From the IMG/VR virus record IMGVR_UViG_2851976983_000003: a stretch of 45,144 nt of DNA, one strand, 5' to 3'. A program made the position numbers and the translations under genes. Source of the DNA: a virus (taxonomy: Duplodnaviria > Heunggongvirae > Uroviricota > Caudoviricetes). Under the pieces are notes generated by a model. The model saw nothing but the letters and a program-made list of their open reading frames with translations, had not been told where the DNA came from and did no database searches. Below are positions 14,482 to 23,935 of the stretch, piece by piece; positions within the stretch are counted from its first letter, which is position 1, and each line of letters begins with the position of its first letter.

Positions 14482-17400
14482 CGTCCACCTCCGGAGAACA
14501 GACCACCATCACGGGACTGCTGTTGCATAAAGTCCGCTGCTGCTTTTTTCCCGAGGTCATAAACCACCTTCAGGGCAGCCGGACCTATCTGCCCGTTCGT
14601 GCCATCGTTATTGATCTCGATGTTGTACTGCGGGGCAAACATCGCCATACCTGAACCACCAATATCCGCCACAACCCCCAGCTTACCGTCAGCACCACGA
14701 CGCAGAGGCAGAATGGCTTCAGGCCCAGCTTCCCCCATCACACCTGCACCTTTTGCAAAAGCAAAAAACGTCGGACGGTTAACCACCGTGCCACTGTAGC
14801 GACTCAAATCAGCAGACTGATAAACACCACCATCAGCATTGGGCGTCACACTGGCAGTTGCTGCACTCCCCCAGCCAAACGCCGAACCAATCCCCTTAAC
14901 TGCCTGCATCATGGACATCTGGGCCATGATTTTTGCCAGATCAGAAAGGAGCGAGGCGGTAAAAGATTTGAAGTTCAGTTTTCCGGTAGTACAGAACGTT
15001 GCCAGTGCATTACCTGCACTGTTAAATGCCGCTGTAAGCATCTGCTCAGCAGTGCCTGCCGCATTATCCGCATCTGCCGTGAAATTCTGAAACGCCCGCA
15101 TAGCACCGTTTTTCCAGTTACCCTGAGCAATTTCAAGCTGTTGCCAGTAACGGCGATTCTCATTCAGTTGTCGGTTCAGGCTCTCCGTCAGCGCCTGCTC
15201 GGCCTTTCTGTAGTCATCCGTGTTATATGTCCCTTTCTGCTCACTATCCCGCCTCAACTGCTCCAGCTGTTGCTGGTATTTCTGGCGAAGACTCAGTTGT
15301 ACCTGATATCGCTGCCGCTGCTGATCACCCATACCCACCGTGGCGATATCCAGGTCATGTTGCTGACGCTGAGCGCGCTCTTCTTCAGCCAGTTGACTGG
15401 TCAGCTGAATTGTTTTTTTCTTCAGCTCGTTGAGTGCCGTCTGTTTCTGAAGCTCCTGCTGTTTTACATCCAGCAGCGTCAGTGCCTGAATCAGTTCATC
15501 TTTACGGGCCAGCACACTCTTTTCATCTGCCGTCAGTTTTTTCCCGTCCAGGTCGCTGATGCGCTGCTGCAGAGCCAGAAGCTGTTTATGCGCTTCTGTC
15601 ATCTTTTCAGTGGCAATGCCTGCTGACTGTCTTGCAGCAGCAATCTGCCCTTCCACCTGTGCCTGTTGCTGACTGTACTGCAGCAATAACCGGGTGGCCT
15701 CATCATTACGGGTTTCGCGTGTTTTTTTCTTACCGGATGCCAGGGCTTTCTCGTAACGTTCATTTTCACGTTGTATCGCCGCATCCCTGACAGCCTGGTC
15801 GGCGTACTGCATGGCATTAATACGCGCAATTTCACGCTGATGTCGTGCTGCTTCCGTTTCATTCATCCGGTTCAGTGCAGCATTTTCAGCATTACGTCGT
15901 TTCTGTTGCTCCTGATAATTCCGCTCTGCCTGCTCTTTTGCATCCTGCAAATCCTTCTGGCGTTTTTTCTCCTGAAGATCGTTAAGACGCTGCTGATCGT
16001 ATTCAACCTGAGAAGATGATGCCGTCCAGGGGAGTCTTTTCGCCCGCGACACTTTCTCCTGTAAAGCGGCAATCTGTTCATCCAGCGAGTCTTCACGACC
16101 AATATTCATGGCCGCATCCCAGAAACGACTCCACAAATCAGACAGATACTTCAGCGTACTGCCAAGCGCATTGAGGTTATTATCAATATCCGCAGTACGC
16201 CGACTGGTTTCCTCTGCCAGTGCAGACATGGCTATCCGTGCAGCATCACTGGACCGCCCCTGATCTCCAAGGACACGTATCTGCTCAAGCTGAGTGGCAG
16301 TAAGAAAATGCAGCTCATTGTCCAGAGCCTTCGCGGCATTTACAGGATCATCCTTCAGCCGCTTAAACTGATTTATGGTATCGCTGACCGACTGGCCAAC
16401 CGATCGCTCCATCTGTGCGGCAGCTCTCGCCACCATACCGATATCGTTTCCACGAAATGCACCACTCCCCACCACCTGAGCCAGCGCACCGGCTGCAGCA
16501 TGTTGCGTGATACCATTCCCGGAAATAGCACGACTGAGCGTCCACAGCTGCCCGGCAGTGACTCCGGCATAATGCCCCGTCAACGACAGCTGGCGGTTAA
16601 ATTCTTCCCCCTCCTTCTGACCGTCATACCAGGCTTTACCCAGACCATAGACGGCCGCGGTAATACCGCCAATAACCCCGCCCAGCATCATGCCTTTCGG
16701 TGACATCAGTGTGTCTATCCATCCGGCACGGTTAGCCAGCGTTATCCCGGATCCCCTCAGCGCCCCTAAATTGCCGCGGGCCAGTTCACCTATCAGAACG
16801 CCTATCTCCTGGCGGGCCGCTGCACTTTTCAGACCCAGCGAATGCGTGGCTTTTCCTGCCCGCTCCATTTTGCGGATATACACTTCTGCAGCACTGCTTA
16901 CCCCCAGCTGGGCTGCCTTGGCACGAAGCAACTCAGAAGATGAAAGATTCTGGCGGGTTGCCTGCTCTTTAAGCTGACGGATAAACGCCACTTTCTGTCG
17001 GGTAGCCTCTTCCTCAGCCTGTGTAAGAACACGGGTTTTCGCCGTAACCTCAGAAATCAGCGCCAGATAATCCTGCTGACCAATCCCGCCACTGTTTCTG
17101 GCCTGTCGGATCTGCTGCTGAATACGCTGTAATTCCTGCAGCCCCGCACTGGCCTGTTTCACACTGTCAATCTGACGATAAAACGCAGCAGCCGCTTTAT
17201 CCTGAGCCTCCGCCAGAGCCATGGTCTGCGCCTGTTCCTCGCGCATTTTCTGGCTCAGTGCCTCCATGCGCTGGCGGGTTTTCTCCACCTCGCGGGCCAT
17301 GCGTTCATGAGCCTGTGCGTTCTTCTCCACCGTCTGCGCATGGACGGATGCGGCTGTTGCAGCCGAAGAAGCCGCCTGCGTTGTCTGCCGGGCGGCCTGA

Positions 17401-17552
17401 GTCTGACGCTCCATAAAACGCTGCATACGGGCAGAAGACCGTTCTGCATCGCTGGCTGCACCATTCAGAAGGTTTTTGATACGGGGAATTTCATTTTTAA
17501 ACTCTGCCGCATCAATCCCCAAATCAATGACCAGGTTGGCTATCTGGTCCAT
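14478..17552 (-). CDS. H: Tail tape measure protein H
   Basis: Start placed at MDQIANLVIDLGIDAAEF (lambda H starts MAEPVGDLVVDLSLDAARF); C-terminus …INNDGTNGQIGPAALK…RDGGLFSGGGR matches lambda H; long coiled-coil interior. Confidence 0.9.
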   Translation of the reverse strand: MDQIANLVIDLGIDAAEFKNEIPRIKNLLNGAASDAERSSARMQRFMERQTQAARQTTQAASSAATAASVHAQTVEKNAQAHERMAREVEKTRQRMEALSQKMREEQAQTMALAEAQDKAAAAFYRQIDSVKQASAGLQELQRIQQQIRQARNSGGIGQQDYLALISEVTAKTRVLTQAEEEATRQKVAFIRQLKEQATRQNLSSSELLRAKAAQLGVSSAAEVYIRKMERAGKATHSLGLKSAAARQEIGVLIGELARGNLGALRGSGITLANRAGWIDTLMSPKGMMLGGVIGGITAAVYGLGKAWYDGQKEGEEFNRQLSLTGHYAGVTAGQLWTLSRAISGNGITQHAAAGALAQVVGSGAFRGNDIGMVARAAAQMERSVGQSVSDTINQFKRLKDDPVNAAKALDNELHFLTATQLEQIRVLGDQGRSSDAARIAMSALAEETSRRTADIDNNLNALGSTLKYLSDLWSRFWDAAMNIGREDSLDEQIAALQEKVSRAKRLPWTASSSQVEYDQQRLNDLQEKKRQKDLQDAKEQAERNYQEQQKRRNAENAALNRMNETEAARHQREIARINAMQYADQAVRDAAIQRENERYEKALASGKKKTRETRNDEATRLLLQYSQQQAQVEGQIAAARQSAGIATEKMTEAHKQLLALQQRISDLDGKKLTADEKSVLARKDELIQALTLLDVKQQELQKQTALNELKKKTIQLTSQLAEEERAQRQQHDLDIATVGMGDQQRQRYQVQLSLRQKYQQQLEQLRRDSEQKGTYNTDDYRKAEQALTESLNRQLNENRRYWQQLEIAQGNWKNGAMRAFQNFTADADNAAGTAEQMLTAAFNSAGNALATFCTTGKLNFKSFTASLLSDLAKIMAQMSMMQAVKGIGSAFGWGSAATASVTPNADGGVYQSADLSRYSGTVVNRPTFFAFAKGAGVMGEAGPEAILPLRRGADGKLGVVADIGGSGMAMFAPQYNIEINNDGTNGQIGPAALKVVYDLGKKAAADFMQQQSRDGGLFSGGGR

Positions 17553-17853
17553 AACGCACACCTCCGGAAATACCTTCCCCAAGATGCATCAGTTCTTCGT
17601 CCGTTCGCTCCGGTATCCCGTTCTCTTCCGGTAAAAGGCTGAAATCAGCCACCGCAGCATCACTGCTGCCGGACACCATTCTCACGATCAATGCCTTCAG
17701 CGAGGCAAACTGCGCATCCATCCACACATCACTGAAGCTCTGCATCCGGAAATAATCGCCCCACTCACCAAGCTCAGTGGCCGACATTTCCGACAGCATC
17801 CGCCGCCAGTCTGCCCGCCGGAACTCCCGGGCAAGCCGCATGACAAACTGCAT
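17524..17853 (-). CDS. T: Tail assembly chaperone T segment (expressed as a G-T fusion by programmed -1 frameshift)
   Basis: Lambda gpT-like sequence in the -1 frame relative to G; frame open upstream into the 3' end of G across ccggaaaag. Confidence 0.7.
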   Translation of the reverse strand: MQFVMRLAREFRRADWRRMLSEMSATELGEWGDYFRMQSFSDVWMDAQFASLKALIVRMVSGSSDAAVADFSLLPEENGIPERTDEELMHLGEGISGGVRYGPDSQPGH

Positions 17854-17861
17854 TTCCCGCG

Positions 17862-18290
17862 TCAGGACTTTTCCGGCGTCAGCACCTCATGCTCCAAATC
17901 CCCGGTATTCTCAATGGCCCCCATACCGCTCAGCGACAGAACCATCTCCGCCCCCGCACCCAGGGCATCATACGACCATGTTGTAATAACGGATGCGTAA
18001 AGCGTCTCAACATCCTGAGACTGTTCCGCATTCCACAGTGAGCGGGAAACCAGCCAGGCATTGATATCCATCCCCATCCGCAGAAAAGCAATCTGTCGTT
18101 CAGCCTCCGGCAGTTCTCCCTCCCCGGCATCAAACTTTGCCGTTCGCTGCTGAACAAACGTCAGATATTCAATTCTCTGCAGCCCGGACAGCTCACTGAG
18201 CACCACGGACTGTTTTTCATAATTAAACGTGTCCTGTTTCAGAAACATCATGTTCTCCACCTGCAAAAAAGCCCCGGATAACCGGGGCAA
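17862..18290 (-). CDS. G: Tail assembly chaperone G
   Basis: 142 aa, lambda gpG-like; located between V and T. Confidence 0.85.
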   Translation of the reverse strand: MPRLSGAFLQVENMMFLKQDTFNYEKQSVVLSELSGLQRIEYLTFVQQRTAKFDAGEGELPEAERQIAFLRMGMDINAWLVSRSLWNAEQSQDVETLYASVITTWSYDALGAGAEMVLSLSGMGAIENTGDLEHEVLTPEKS

Positions 18291-18308
18291 ATGATGAGTA
18301 TCGTCCTG

Positions 18309-19052
18309 TTAACCTGCTGCGCTGACAGCCACCGTAGCCACTGCCACAAAATCGCCGTCAGAAGTCATGCCCACAATGCTGACACTGCCCTGCTTCACGC
18401 CTTTCACCGTGGCCACAAGCCCGTTCAGGGTCACCGTGGCAGTCTGTGGATCTGTCGAATGCACACTGATCGCTTTGTCACTGGCTCCGTCAGGTTTTAC
18501 TGTAAAGGTCAGCGTGGTGGTTGCTCCCACTTTTACACTGGCAGATGCCGGTGCCACTGTCAGTCCGGTAACGCTCACTGTTTCAGTGCCTTCCTCTGCC
18601 AGATACGGACGCCCCACACCGCTGATTTTCACTGTGCGGGTCATCACGTCTTTTGAGGCAATGGTTTTACCCAGTGCGCTCAGCCAGCCACGGAAAACAT
18701 CAACAGTGCCGTTGGGATATTTGATACGAAACGCGCAGACTTCACCGGAGTCGAACAACTGAACCAGTTTTTTCTGCCCGCTGTCACCCGGACGCCAGGC
18801 CAGCGTCGCCGAAGTATCACCGACGGATTTCTGCCCCTGGGTTGTCGTTTTCCAGTCTGCATCTTCATCATCGAGATAAGTGTCATCTTCTGCATCAGCG
18901 GTCATTTCGCCAGGTTGCAGATCCTTCACCATCGCAAGACGCAGCCAGTCAGTGTCCGACAGAGGATTCGCAAACGCATCGCCGTTGCCGGTGTACATCC
19001 AGAACGTCGTCCCCGCACCTTTCGTCTTTGCCAGTGGATTTGGTGTGGTCAT
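18309..19052 (-). CDS. V: Major tail protein V (with C-terminal Ig-like domain)
   Basis: Start placed at MTTPNPLAKTKGAGTTFW (lambda V: MPVPNPTMPVKGAGTTLW). Confidence 0.9.
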   Translation of the reverse strand: MTTPNPLAKTKGAGTTFWMYTGNGDAFANPLSDTDWLRLAMVKDLQPGEMTADAEDDTYLDDEDADWKTTTQGQKSVGDTSATLAWRPGDSGQKKLVQLFDSGEVCAFRIKYPNGTVDVFRGWLSALGKTIASKDVMTRTVKISGVGRPYLAEEGTETVSVTGLTVAPASASVKVGATTTLTFTVKPDGASDKAISVHSTDPQTATVTLNGLVATVKGVKQGSVSIVGMTSDGDFVAVATVAVSAAG

Positions 19053-19062
19053 TACCACCTCC

Positions 19063-19476
19063 TTAATTCGTGTACGTGATCTGGTACGTGATTTCCGCCA
19101 TCGCCCAGGTGGCCATCTCATTATCACGTTGATAGTTAAAACCGAGTGGGATCAGGGTGTCGATGAGTCCGGAAAGTGCCGGTACATCATTCAGGGCAGG
19201 AAAAATGGTGCTCTCCATCCACATATCCAGCTCTGAATCCGGTGCCTGTGCCCGGATGAAGACGGCAATATGCAGAACAGCCTGCCAGTCATCTTCATCT
19301 GTCATTTTTCCGGTGTACTGAGCATCACTCAGCCACACCGCCACGGCAGGCAGTTCCTGCGCATCAACAAATGCCGGAAGCCCGTCAAAAAACGTGGCGC
19401 TGTCTCCACACTGTTCCCGAAGGCGTGCCAGTACGACCTGGCGGATTTGTGTATGTCGGTTCATCGGGTCAGCCAT
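19063..19476 (-). CDS. U: Tail terminator protein U
   Basis: 137 aa; conserved ATFFDG…PAVAVWL motif of lambda gpU. Confidence 0.85.
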   Translation of the reverse strand: MADPMNRHTQIRQVVLARLREQCGDSATFFDGLPAFVDAQELPAVAVWLSDAQYTGKMTDEDDWQAVLHIAVFIRAQAPDSELDMWMESTIFPALNDVPALSGLIDTLIPLGFNYQRDNEMATWAMAEITYQITYTN

Positions 19477-20039
19477 AATCTCAGTTGTTGTTTCAGTGCA
19501 TACCCCAGCTGTTTCGGCATTTCCGCAGCAATGATGCGGTCGCGGGCATCTTCAAATGCCTGTGTCAGCGGTCCGGACAGCGGGATTTTCACCACATCAA
19601 TGGGGTAACGATTTTTGCCATCAATACGCCGCATCACATGCCAGCGACCATTCGCCAGTTGCTGAATAAACGCATCCCGGAAAAGATATTTACCCACCTT
19701 CAGCACACTTCCACGGTACTGCAGTTTTCCACCACGCCGGGCCAGTCTGACCCGGGCTGTCCCCAGCTTAATGGCGGGCAGATTGCCCCGGTTAATGCGG
19801 ATCCTGGCCGTCATTTTTCCTGACGGACTGGCTTTAAACACCCGGACACGCTGACGTACCAGTTTCAGGGGGATCCCTTTCACCTGGTTATCTCCCGCAA
19901 CGGTATTCCCGGCAACCTGCCGGGTGGCAACCGAGACCGCTTTCTGTGCCACACGGTTTATCGCCCATGCGCTGGCCTGTGGCACCATACGGGTATCAAG
20001 ACTGTTCAGATTGCGGATGGCGTTTTCAAGGCCTTTCAT
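19461..20039 (-). CDS. Z: Tail completion protein Z
   Basis: Start placed at MKGLENAIRNLNSLDTR (lambda Z: MKGLEEAIQNLNSLDTR). Confidence 0.8.
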   Translation of the reverse strand: MKGLENAIRNLNSLDTRMVPQASAWAINRVAQKAVSVATRQVAGNTVAGDNQVKGIPLKLVRQRVRVFKASPSGKMTARIRINRGNLPAIKLGTARVRLARRGGKLQYRGSVLKVGKYLFRDAFIQQLANGRWHVMRRIDGKNRYPIDVVKIPLSGPLTQAFEDARDRIIAAEMPKQLGYALKQQLRLWLTR

Positions 20040-20424
20040 AATATCGTCCTGTACTGATATCACCCCGGGAACTGTCACACCGTTGCAGGCGGATATAACA
20101 GCATCCCCCGTCGTCCGGAGTAATGCGATCCACCCGAAAAAGATCCCCGCCAACCTCCAGCGTATCCAGACGGCGTAGCCCCGTAATATCTGCTGTTTTC
20201 ACAAACAAAGACGGTGAAGAATCTTCAAACCGTACACCTCCGGCAACGAACGAAATTTTTTCAGGATCATCAAAAACACCCCTGAGTGTTTTTCCTTCAA
20301 GCTGACCGGACGTAATTACCGTCGTAATCCCCATATGACAAAGAATGACCGCGTCAGCCATGGCGACGGCGGCATCAAACGGATTATCGAAATCTGCCAC
20401 CTTTCCCCCCCCCACATTCAACAC
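20026..20424 (-). CDS. FII: Head-tail connector FII
   Basis: Contains ADFDNPFDAA…GVFDDPE…SPSLFV…PDDGG matching lambda FII; the true start is probably the GTG before ADFDN, near 20400. Confidence 0.8.
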   Translation of the reverse strand: MLNVGGGKVADFDNPFDAAVAMADAVILCHMGITTVITSGQLEGKTLRGVFDDPEKISFVAGGVRFEDSSPSLFVKTADITGLRRLDTLEVGGDLFRVDRITPDDGGCCYIRLQRCDSSRGDISTGRYYERP

Positions 20425-20798
20425 ATTTTCACGAGGCCACTTTCTGCCATGCTGGCTGCCACCACAGCAGATACACGAAACACGTCTCCCGGACGTACAA
20501 ATGCCACGGGGTTATCCCGTGTGGCGTGAAGTGCATTGACATGTAACATCACCACAGCTTTGACCATGACCATATCCACAGAATTTCGGTTCTCACTCTC
20601 CCCACGTTCGGATCGTGTTTCGTTTTTTTGTTGTGGTTCTTCATTATCCTTATACAGGCCGTCTGAACTATCACTTAATTCTTCTTCCCACTCCGCCAGG
20701 CGTTGTTCAAGATCAGCTTTAGAGCCTGAAATATCGGCATCGCGCCCGAGTACTGCCGCCAGATCCTGAAGACGCGCTGTTATTTCTTCTTTTGTCAT
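20418..20798 (-). CDS. FI: DNA packaging / head assembly protein FI
   Basis: Start placed at MTKEEITARLQ (lambda FI: MTKDELIARLR); C-terminus …HVNALHATRDNPVAFV… matches. Confidence 0.8.
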   Translation of the reverse strand: MTKEEITARLQDLAAVLGRDADISGSKADLEQRLAEWEEELSDSSDGLYKDNEEPQQKNETRSERGESENRNSVDMVMVKAVVMLHVNALHATRDNPVAFVRPGDVFRVSAVVAASMAESGLVKMC

Positions 20799-20848
20799 CA
20801 CATCTCTCCTGTGCGATAAAGAAAAAGGCGGGAATATCCCGCCTGACC

Positions 20849-21877
20849 TTATTTCACCTGAACCACCACAAACGCGTCCGGATCCGGCAACACCATCAAC
20901 GGCGCAGACTGCGTCATGGTATATTCGCACCCCGGGTCCCCCACCTCTAACCAGTGTTTCGGATAACGAATTGCAGAGGTAATCCCTTCACTCAGCGCCT
21001 GGTTATCCTGGATTGCGCCATAACAACGGACACCCTCCACCTGAGTGTTTCCAAGAATCAGTGTGCCTTCCGGCAGATAACGCTGCTCATCGCCGTTTTC
21101 ATCAACATACGTTGTTTTCGCCACCATGATGGCCAGATCACCGTAATAACCTTTAAAAGAAACCACGGACCCCAAATCTTTCAGCGCGGTTTCCAGTTCA
21201 GATTTTGAGCCACGGCGGGTATCCAGTTTTTCACGAAACAGTTTAAAACCGTTCAGCATACGCCAGACAGTACCGTCCATAATCGCAATATTGATGGTAC
21301 CGGAAGCGAAATCGCAGTACGCATCCAGATCATGCGTTGGATCAAAGGTGTCAGCATTCTGCTGTGACCATTCGCGTCCGCTAGCCTGCGTAATGTTATT
21401 GGCGGCAGAACGCCCAAAATCCACTTCCACCGTCTCAAACTGTTCACCGCTCATGGTGTACTTACCCTGCAGAACAGCGCTGACCGCCTGCATTTCTTCC
21501 ACCTGCACAATCGCCTGTTCTTCCTGTTTCAGGTTGTCAGTCAGAATACGCAGGCGACGGTAGGCCGGGTCATTAAGACGGGCCGGATCTTCCCCCGGAA
21601 GACGCTCCACCGCCTGCTGATAATCCAGCCGGTGTTTTGGTTTAACATAGCCGGGGCGTAACACGCGGGTTTCACCACCACGACTGCGCAGTACCTTACC
21701 TGACACAACCGGAGACACATATGCCGCAACCGGTGTTTTTCCGGTGATTTTATCCAGCATCACTTCCTGAGTATGGAAAGTGACCGTACGACGAAAAAAC
21801 AGCTCCAGAAACAGCGCACGGAATTTCACTTTCTGCTCGGTGTAGCCGAGCAACTGACGCGTGGTAAATAACCCCAT
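20849..21877 (-). CDS. E: Major capsid protein E
   Basis: Start placed at MGLFTTRQLL; strong colinearity with lambda gpE (EEMQAVSAVLQGKYTM…, KLDTRRGS.SELETA…). Confidence 0.9.
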   Translation of the reverse strand: MGLFTTRQLLGYTEQKVKFRALFLELFFRRTVTFHTQEVMLDKITGKTPVAAYVSPVVSGKVLRSRGGETRVLRPGYVKPKHRLDYQQAVERLPGEDPARLNDPAYRRLRILTDNLKQEEQAIVQVEEMQAVSAVLQGKYTMSGEQFETVEVDFGRSAANNITQASGREWSQQNADTFDPTHDLDAYCDFASGTINIAIMDGTVWRMLNGFKLFREKLDTRRGSKSELETALKDLGSVVSFKGYYGDLAIMVAKTTYVDENGDEQRYLPEGTLILGNTQVEGVRCYGAIQDNQALSEGITSAIRYPKHWLEVGDPGCEYTMTQSAPLMVLPDPDAFVVVQVK

Positions 21878-21945
21878 AATTGACTTTCCTTTAAAAACAC
21901 AAACGGGCCGCATCGCGACCCGTTTTTCAGTTAATCACTTCACCA

Positions 21946-22281
21946 TCAGGCGTGGCTGATGGCACTTCCCACAAATGCGTTGGCTTTTTTCACCGCATCC
22001 ACAGAGTCAGGCCAGACCAGCGACTCAGTGGCAAACGTACCGCTTTTGTAGTACGTCAGTGCGAGCTCGGTCCCGGCCAGCGCCAGTGCCAGCACCCCCA
22101 CAGCCGTTCCGGCTTTCTGACCATCCCATGCCACCAGTTTTCCGCTGGCGTCATCCAGCATCAGTGGCGTCAGTGAAGGCGTGGCAACACTGATACCACT
22201 GGTACCTGTTGCGGTATACACCGGATCGCTTCCGGCAAAAATGCGCCTGTCCGCGCGCTTTTCTGTGGTGGTTTTAATCAT
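21946..22281 (-). CDS. D: Head decoration protein D
   Basis: 111 aa, lambda gpD-like (TPLMLDDASGKLVAWDG…YYKSGTF). Confidence 0.9.
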   Translation of the reverse strand: MIKTTTEKRADRRIFAGSDPVYTATGTSGISVATPSLTPLMLDDASGKLVAWDGQKAGTAVGVLALALAGTELALTYYKSGTFATESLVWPDSVDAVKKANAFVGSAISHA

Positions 22282-22318
22282 TTTCAGTCTCCTGATTTAT
22301 CTGAATCACGGATAACGC

Positions 22319-23935
22319 TTACGGCATACTCATCAGCAGATCTTCTTCTCCGTGCCCGGCAGTTCCGCCTCCGGAAACCGCACTGGCAGCATGCTGTGCC
22401 ATAAAGCGATCAAAAAGTGCTTCCTGTGACGGTTGCGATGCCGCCGGTGCGGCTGCCAGCAACGTTTTCGCCTGCGCCACCGTCATTCCCGGTTGTTCTG
22501 CCAGTGCCTGTGCAAGTTGCTTGCGCCCTTTCGCCTCCGGCAGCGCCATAATCTGATCGCCGACACTTGCAGAACCGGCAACCGGTGCCGCCGCCAGTAA
22601 CGTTTTTGCCTGGTCAACGGTCATTCCCGGCTGTTCAGCCAGCGCCTGCGCGAGTTGTTCACGCCCTTTAGCTTCCGGCAACGCCATAATCTGATCGCCT
22701 GCGCCTGCAGCACTGGCAGCAGGGGCTGCCGCCAGAAACGCTTTCGCCTGCTCCACCGTCATCCCAGGTTGACCTGCCAGCATCTGTGCCAGTTGCTCAC
22801 GCCCCTTTGCTTCCGGCAGCGCCATAATCTGATCACCCGTGCTGTCAGTACCGGCAACCGGCGCAGCTGCAAGCAACGTTTTCGCCTGCTCAACCGTCAT
22901 TCCAGGCTGACCTGCCAGCATTTGCGCCAGTTGCTCGCGCCCTTTCGCCTCCTGACAATTCAGGATCCCCATCACGCGCTGATTTTCCTGGGCCACCGCT
23001 TCAGCAACGGTGAGATTTTTAACAGTCATTGCATTCTCCTTCGTAACAGAGTCATTCAGTGCAGAAACCATCACTTCAACGGCATCTGCAGCATTAATCA
23101 GTTGATCAGCCAGACCTGCATCAATGCCTGCCTGACCGTCATAAACGGCAGCCTCGGTATTCATCACCGCCTCTGAACTCAGCCCCGTATAAAGCGCCAC
23201 CTTGTCGACAAACATCCGGCGGGCCTCATCAATACGGCGCTGAAAATCTGCACGCACACCTGCCGGCAATGCCTGAATACTGTTGCCGTCAACCTTGTGC
23301 CGCCCGGAGTAAATCAGCGTGATGTCCACCCCTTCCTGTGCCAGTTGTTTCTCGTAACTGGTGTGCGCCATCATCACACCAATCGAACCAATTTTTGCCG
23401 TCTGCGTGACCAGCCGACGCGTACAGGCTGCCGCCAGCAACATGGCGGCTGAACAGGCCATGTCATTGCACAGCGCCCACACGGGCTTCTGTTCCCGCAG
23501 GCGGTAAATCATGTCAGCACAGTCAAACGCCCCGGCAGCCTGACCGCCCGGGCTGTCGATATCCAGCAAAATGCCGCGCACATCCGGATCATTCACCGCC
23601 ATCTGAAGACGGGCCGTCAGGCCGTCATAACCTGTCATGCCGGAGTAAGGGCGCAGGGTACCCAGTTTATGCACCAGCGTGCCGCTCACCGGCAGAATGG
23701 CGATGCCATTCTTCACCTGGTAACTCTTTGCCGGACGCTGACCACCCGCCATATAGTCAGTCACAGCCAGTTGCATACCATCAGCATCAAGCTGAACAGC
23801 CTGCTGAGGAACAGCAAGGCTGTCGGCCCCTATCTCCTTACCCAGCGCGCAAAAGAAAACCCGCGCATAGGCGGGTTCCAGTAAAAGCGGCTCATTAAAT
23901 GCCATGGCGGCAATATGCGATAAATTACGACGCAT
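22319..23935 (-). CDS. C: Head protease/scaffold C (S49 peptidase) with in-frame Nu3-like scaffold C-terminal region, expanded by tandem repeats
   Basis: N-terminus HIAAMAFNEPLLLEPAYARVFFCAL matches lambda gpC; the C-terminal third carries four tandem ~39-aa units (ALPEAKGREQLAQ.LA.QPGMTV.QAK..LAAAP…GDQIM). Confidence 0.9.
   Translation of the reverse strand: MRRNLSHIAAMAFNEPLLLEPAYARVFFCALGKEIGADSLAVPQQAVQLDADGMQLAVTDYMAGGQRPAKSYQVKNGIAILPVSGTLVHKLGTLRPYSGMTGYDGLTARLQMAVNDPDVRGILLDIDSPGGQAAGAFDCADMIYRLREQKPVWALCNDMACSAAMLLAAACTRRLVTQTAKIGSIGVMMAHTSYEKQLAQEGVDITLIYSGRHKVDGNSIQALPAGVRADFQRRIDEARRMFVDKVALYTGLSSEAVMNTEAAVYDGQAGIDAGLADQLINAADAVEVMVSALNDSVTKENAMTVKNLTVAEAVAQENQRVMGILNCQEAKGREQLAQMLAGQPGMTVEQAKTLLAAAPVAGTDSTGDQIMALPEAKGREQLAQMLAGQPGMTVEQAKAFLAAAPAASAAGAGDQIMALPEAKGREQLAQALAEQPGMTVDQAKTLLAAAPVAGSASVGDQIMALPEAKGRKQLAQALAEQPGMTVAQAKTLLAAAPAASQPSQEALFDRFMAQHAASAVSGGGTAGHGEEDLLMSMP
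22441..22960. repeat. Tandem ~117-bp coding repeats (about 4.5 copies) inside the C/Nu3 scaffold region
   Basis: Recurring nucleotide unit …cggcagcgccataatctgatc…gtcattcc(c/a)gg(c/t)tg… with period ~117 bp; the corresponding lambda segment is single-copy. Confidence 0.7.

Noticed and set aside
13448-14654. Plus-strand ORFs 13448-14248, 14128-14562 and 14220-14654 opposite L and M
   Set aside because: Fully overlapped by the lambda-colinear L and M genes on the other strand; no motif or start context supports them.
22441-22960. Possible CRISPR array suggested by regularly spaced repeats
   Set aside because: The repeats are 117 bp, contiguous with no unique spacers, in frame within gene C and encode a repeated peptide; this is a coding tandem duplication, not CRISPR.
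22655-23176. 173-aa plus-strand ORF within gene C
   Set aside because: Antisense to the tandem-repeat region of C/Nu3; its internally repetitive translation is simply the mirror of the coding repeats.
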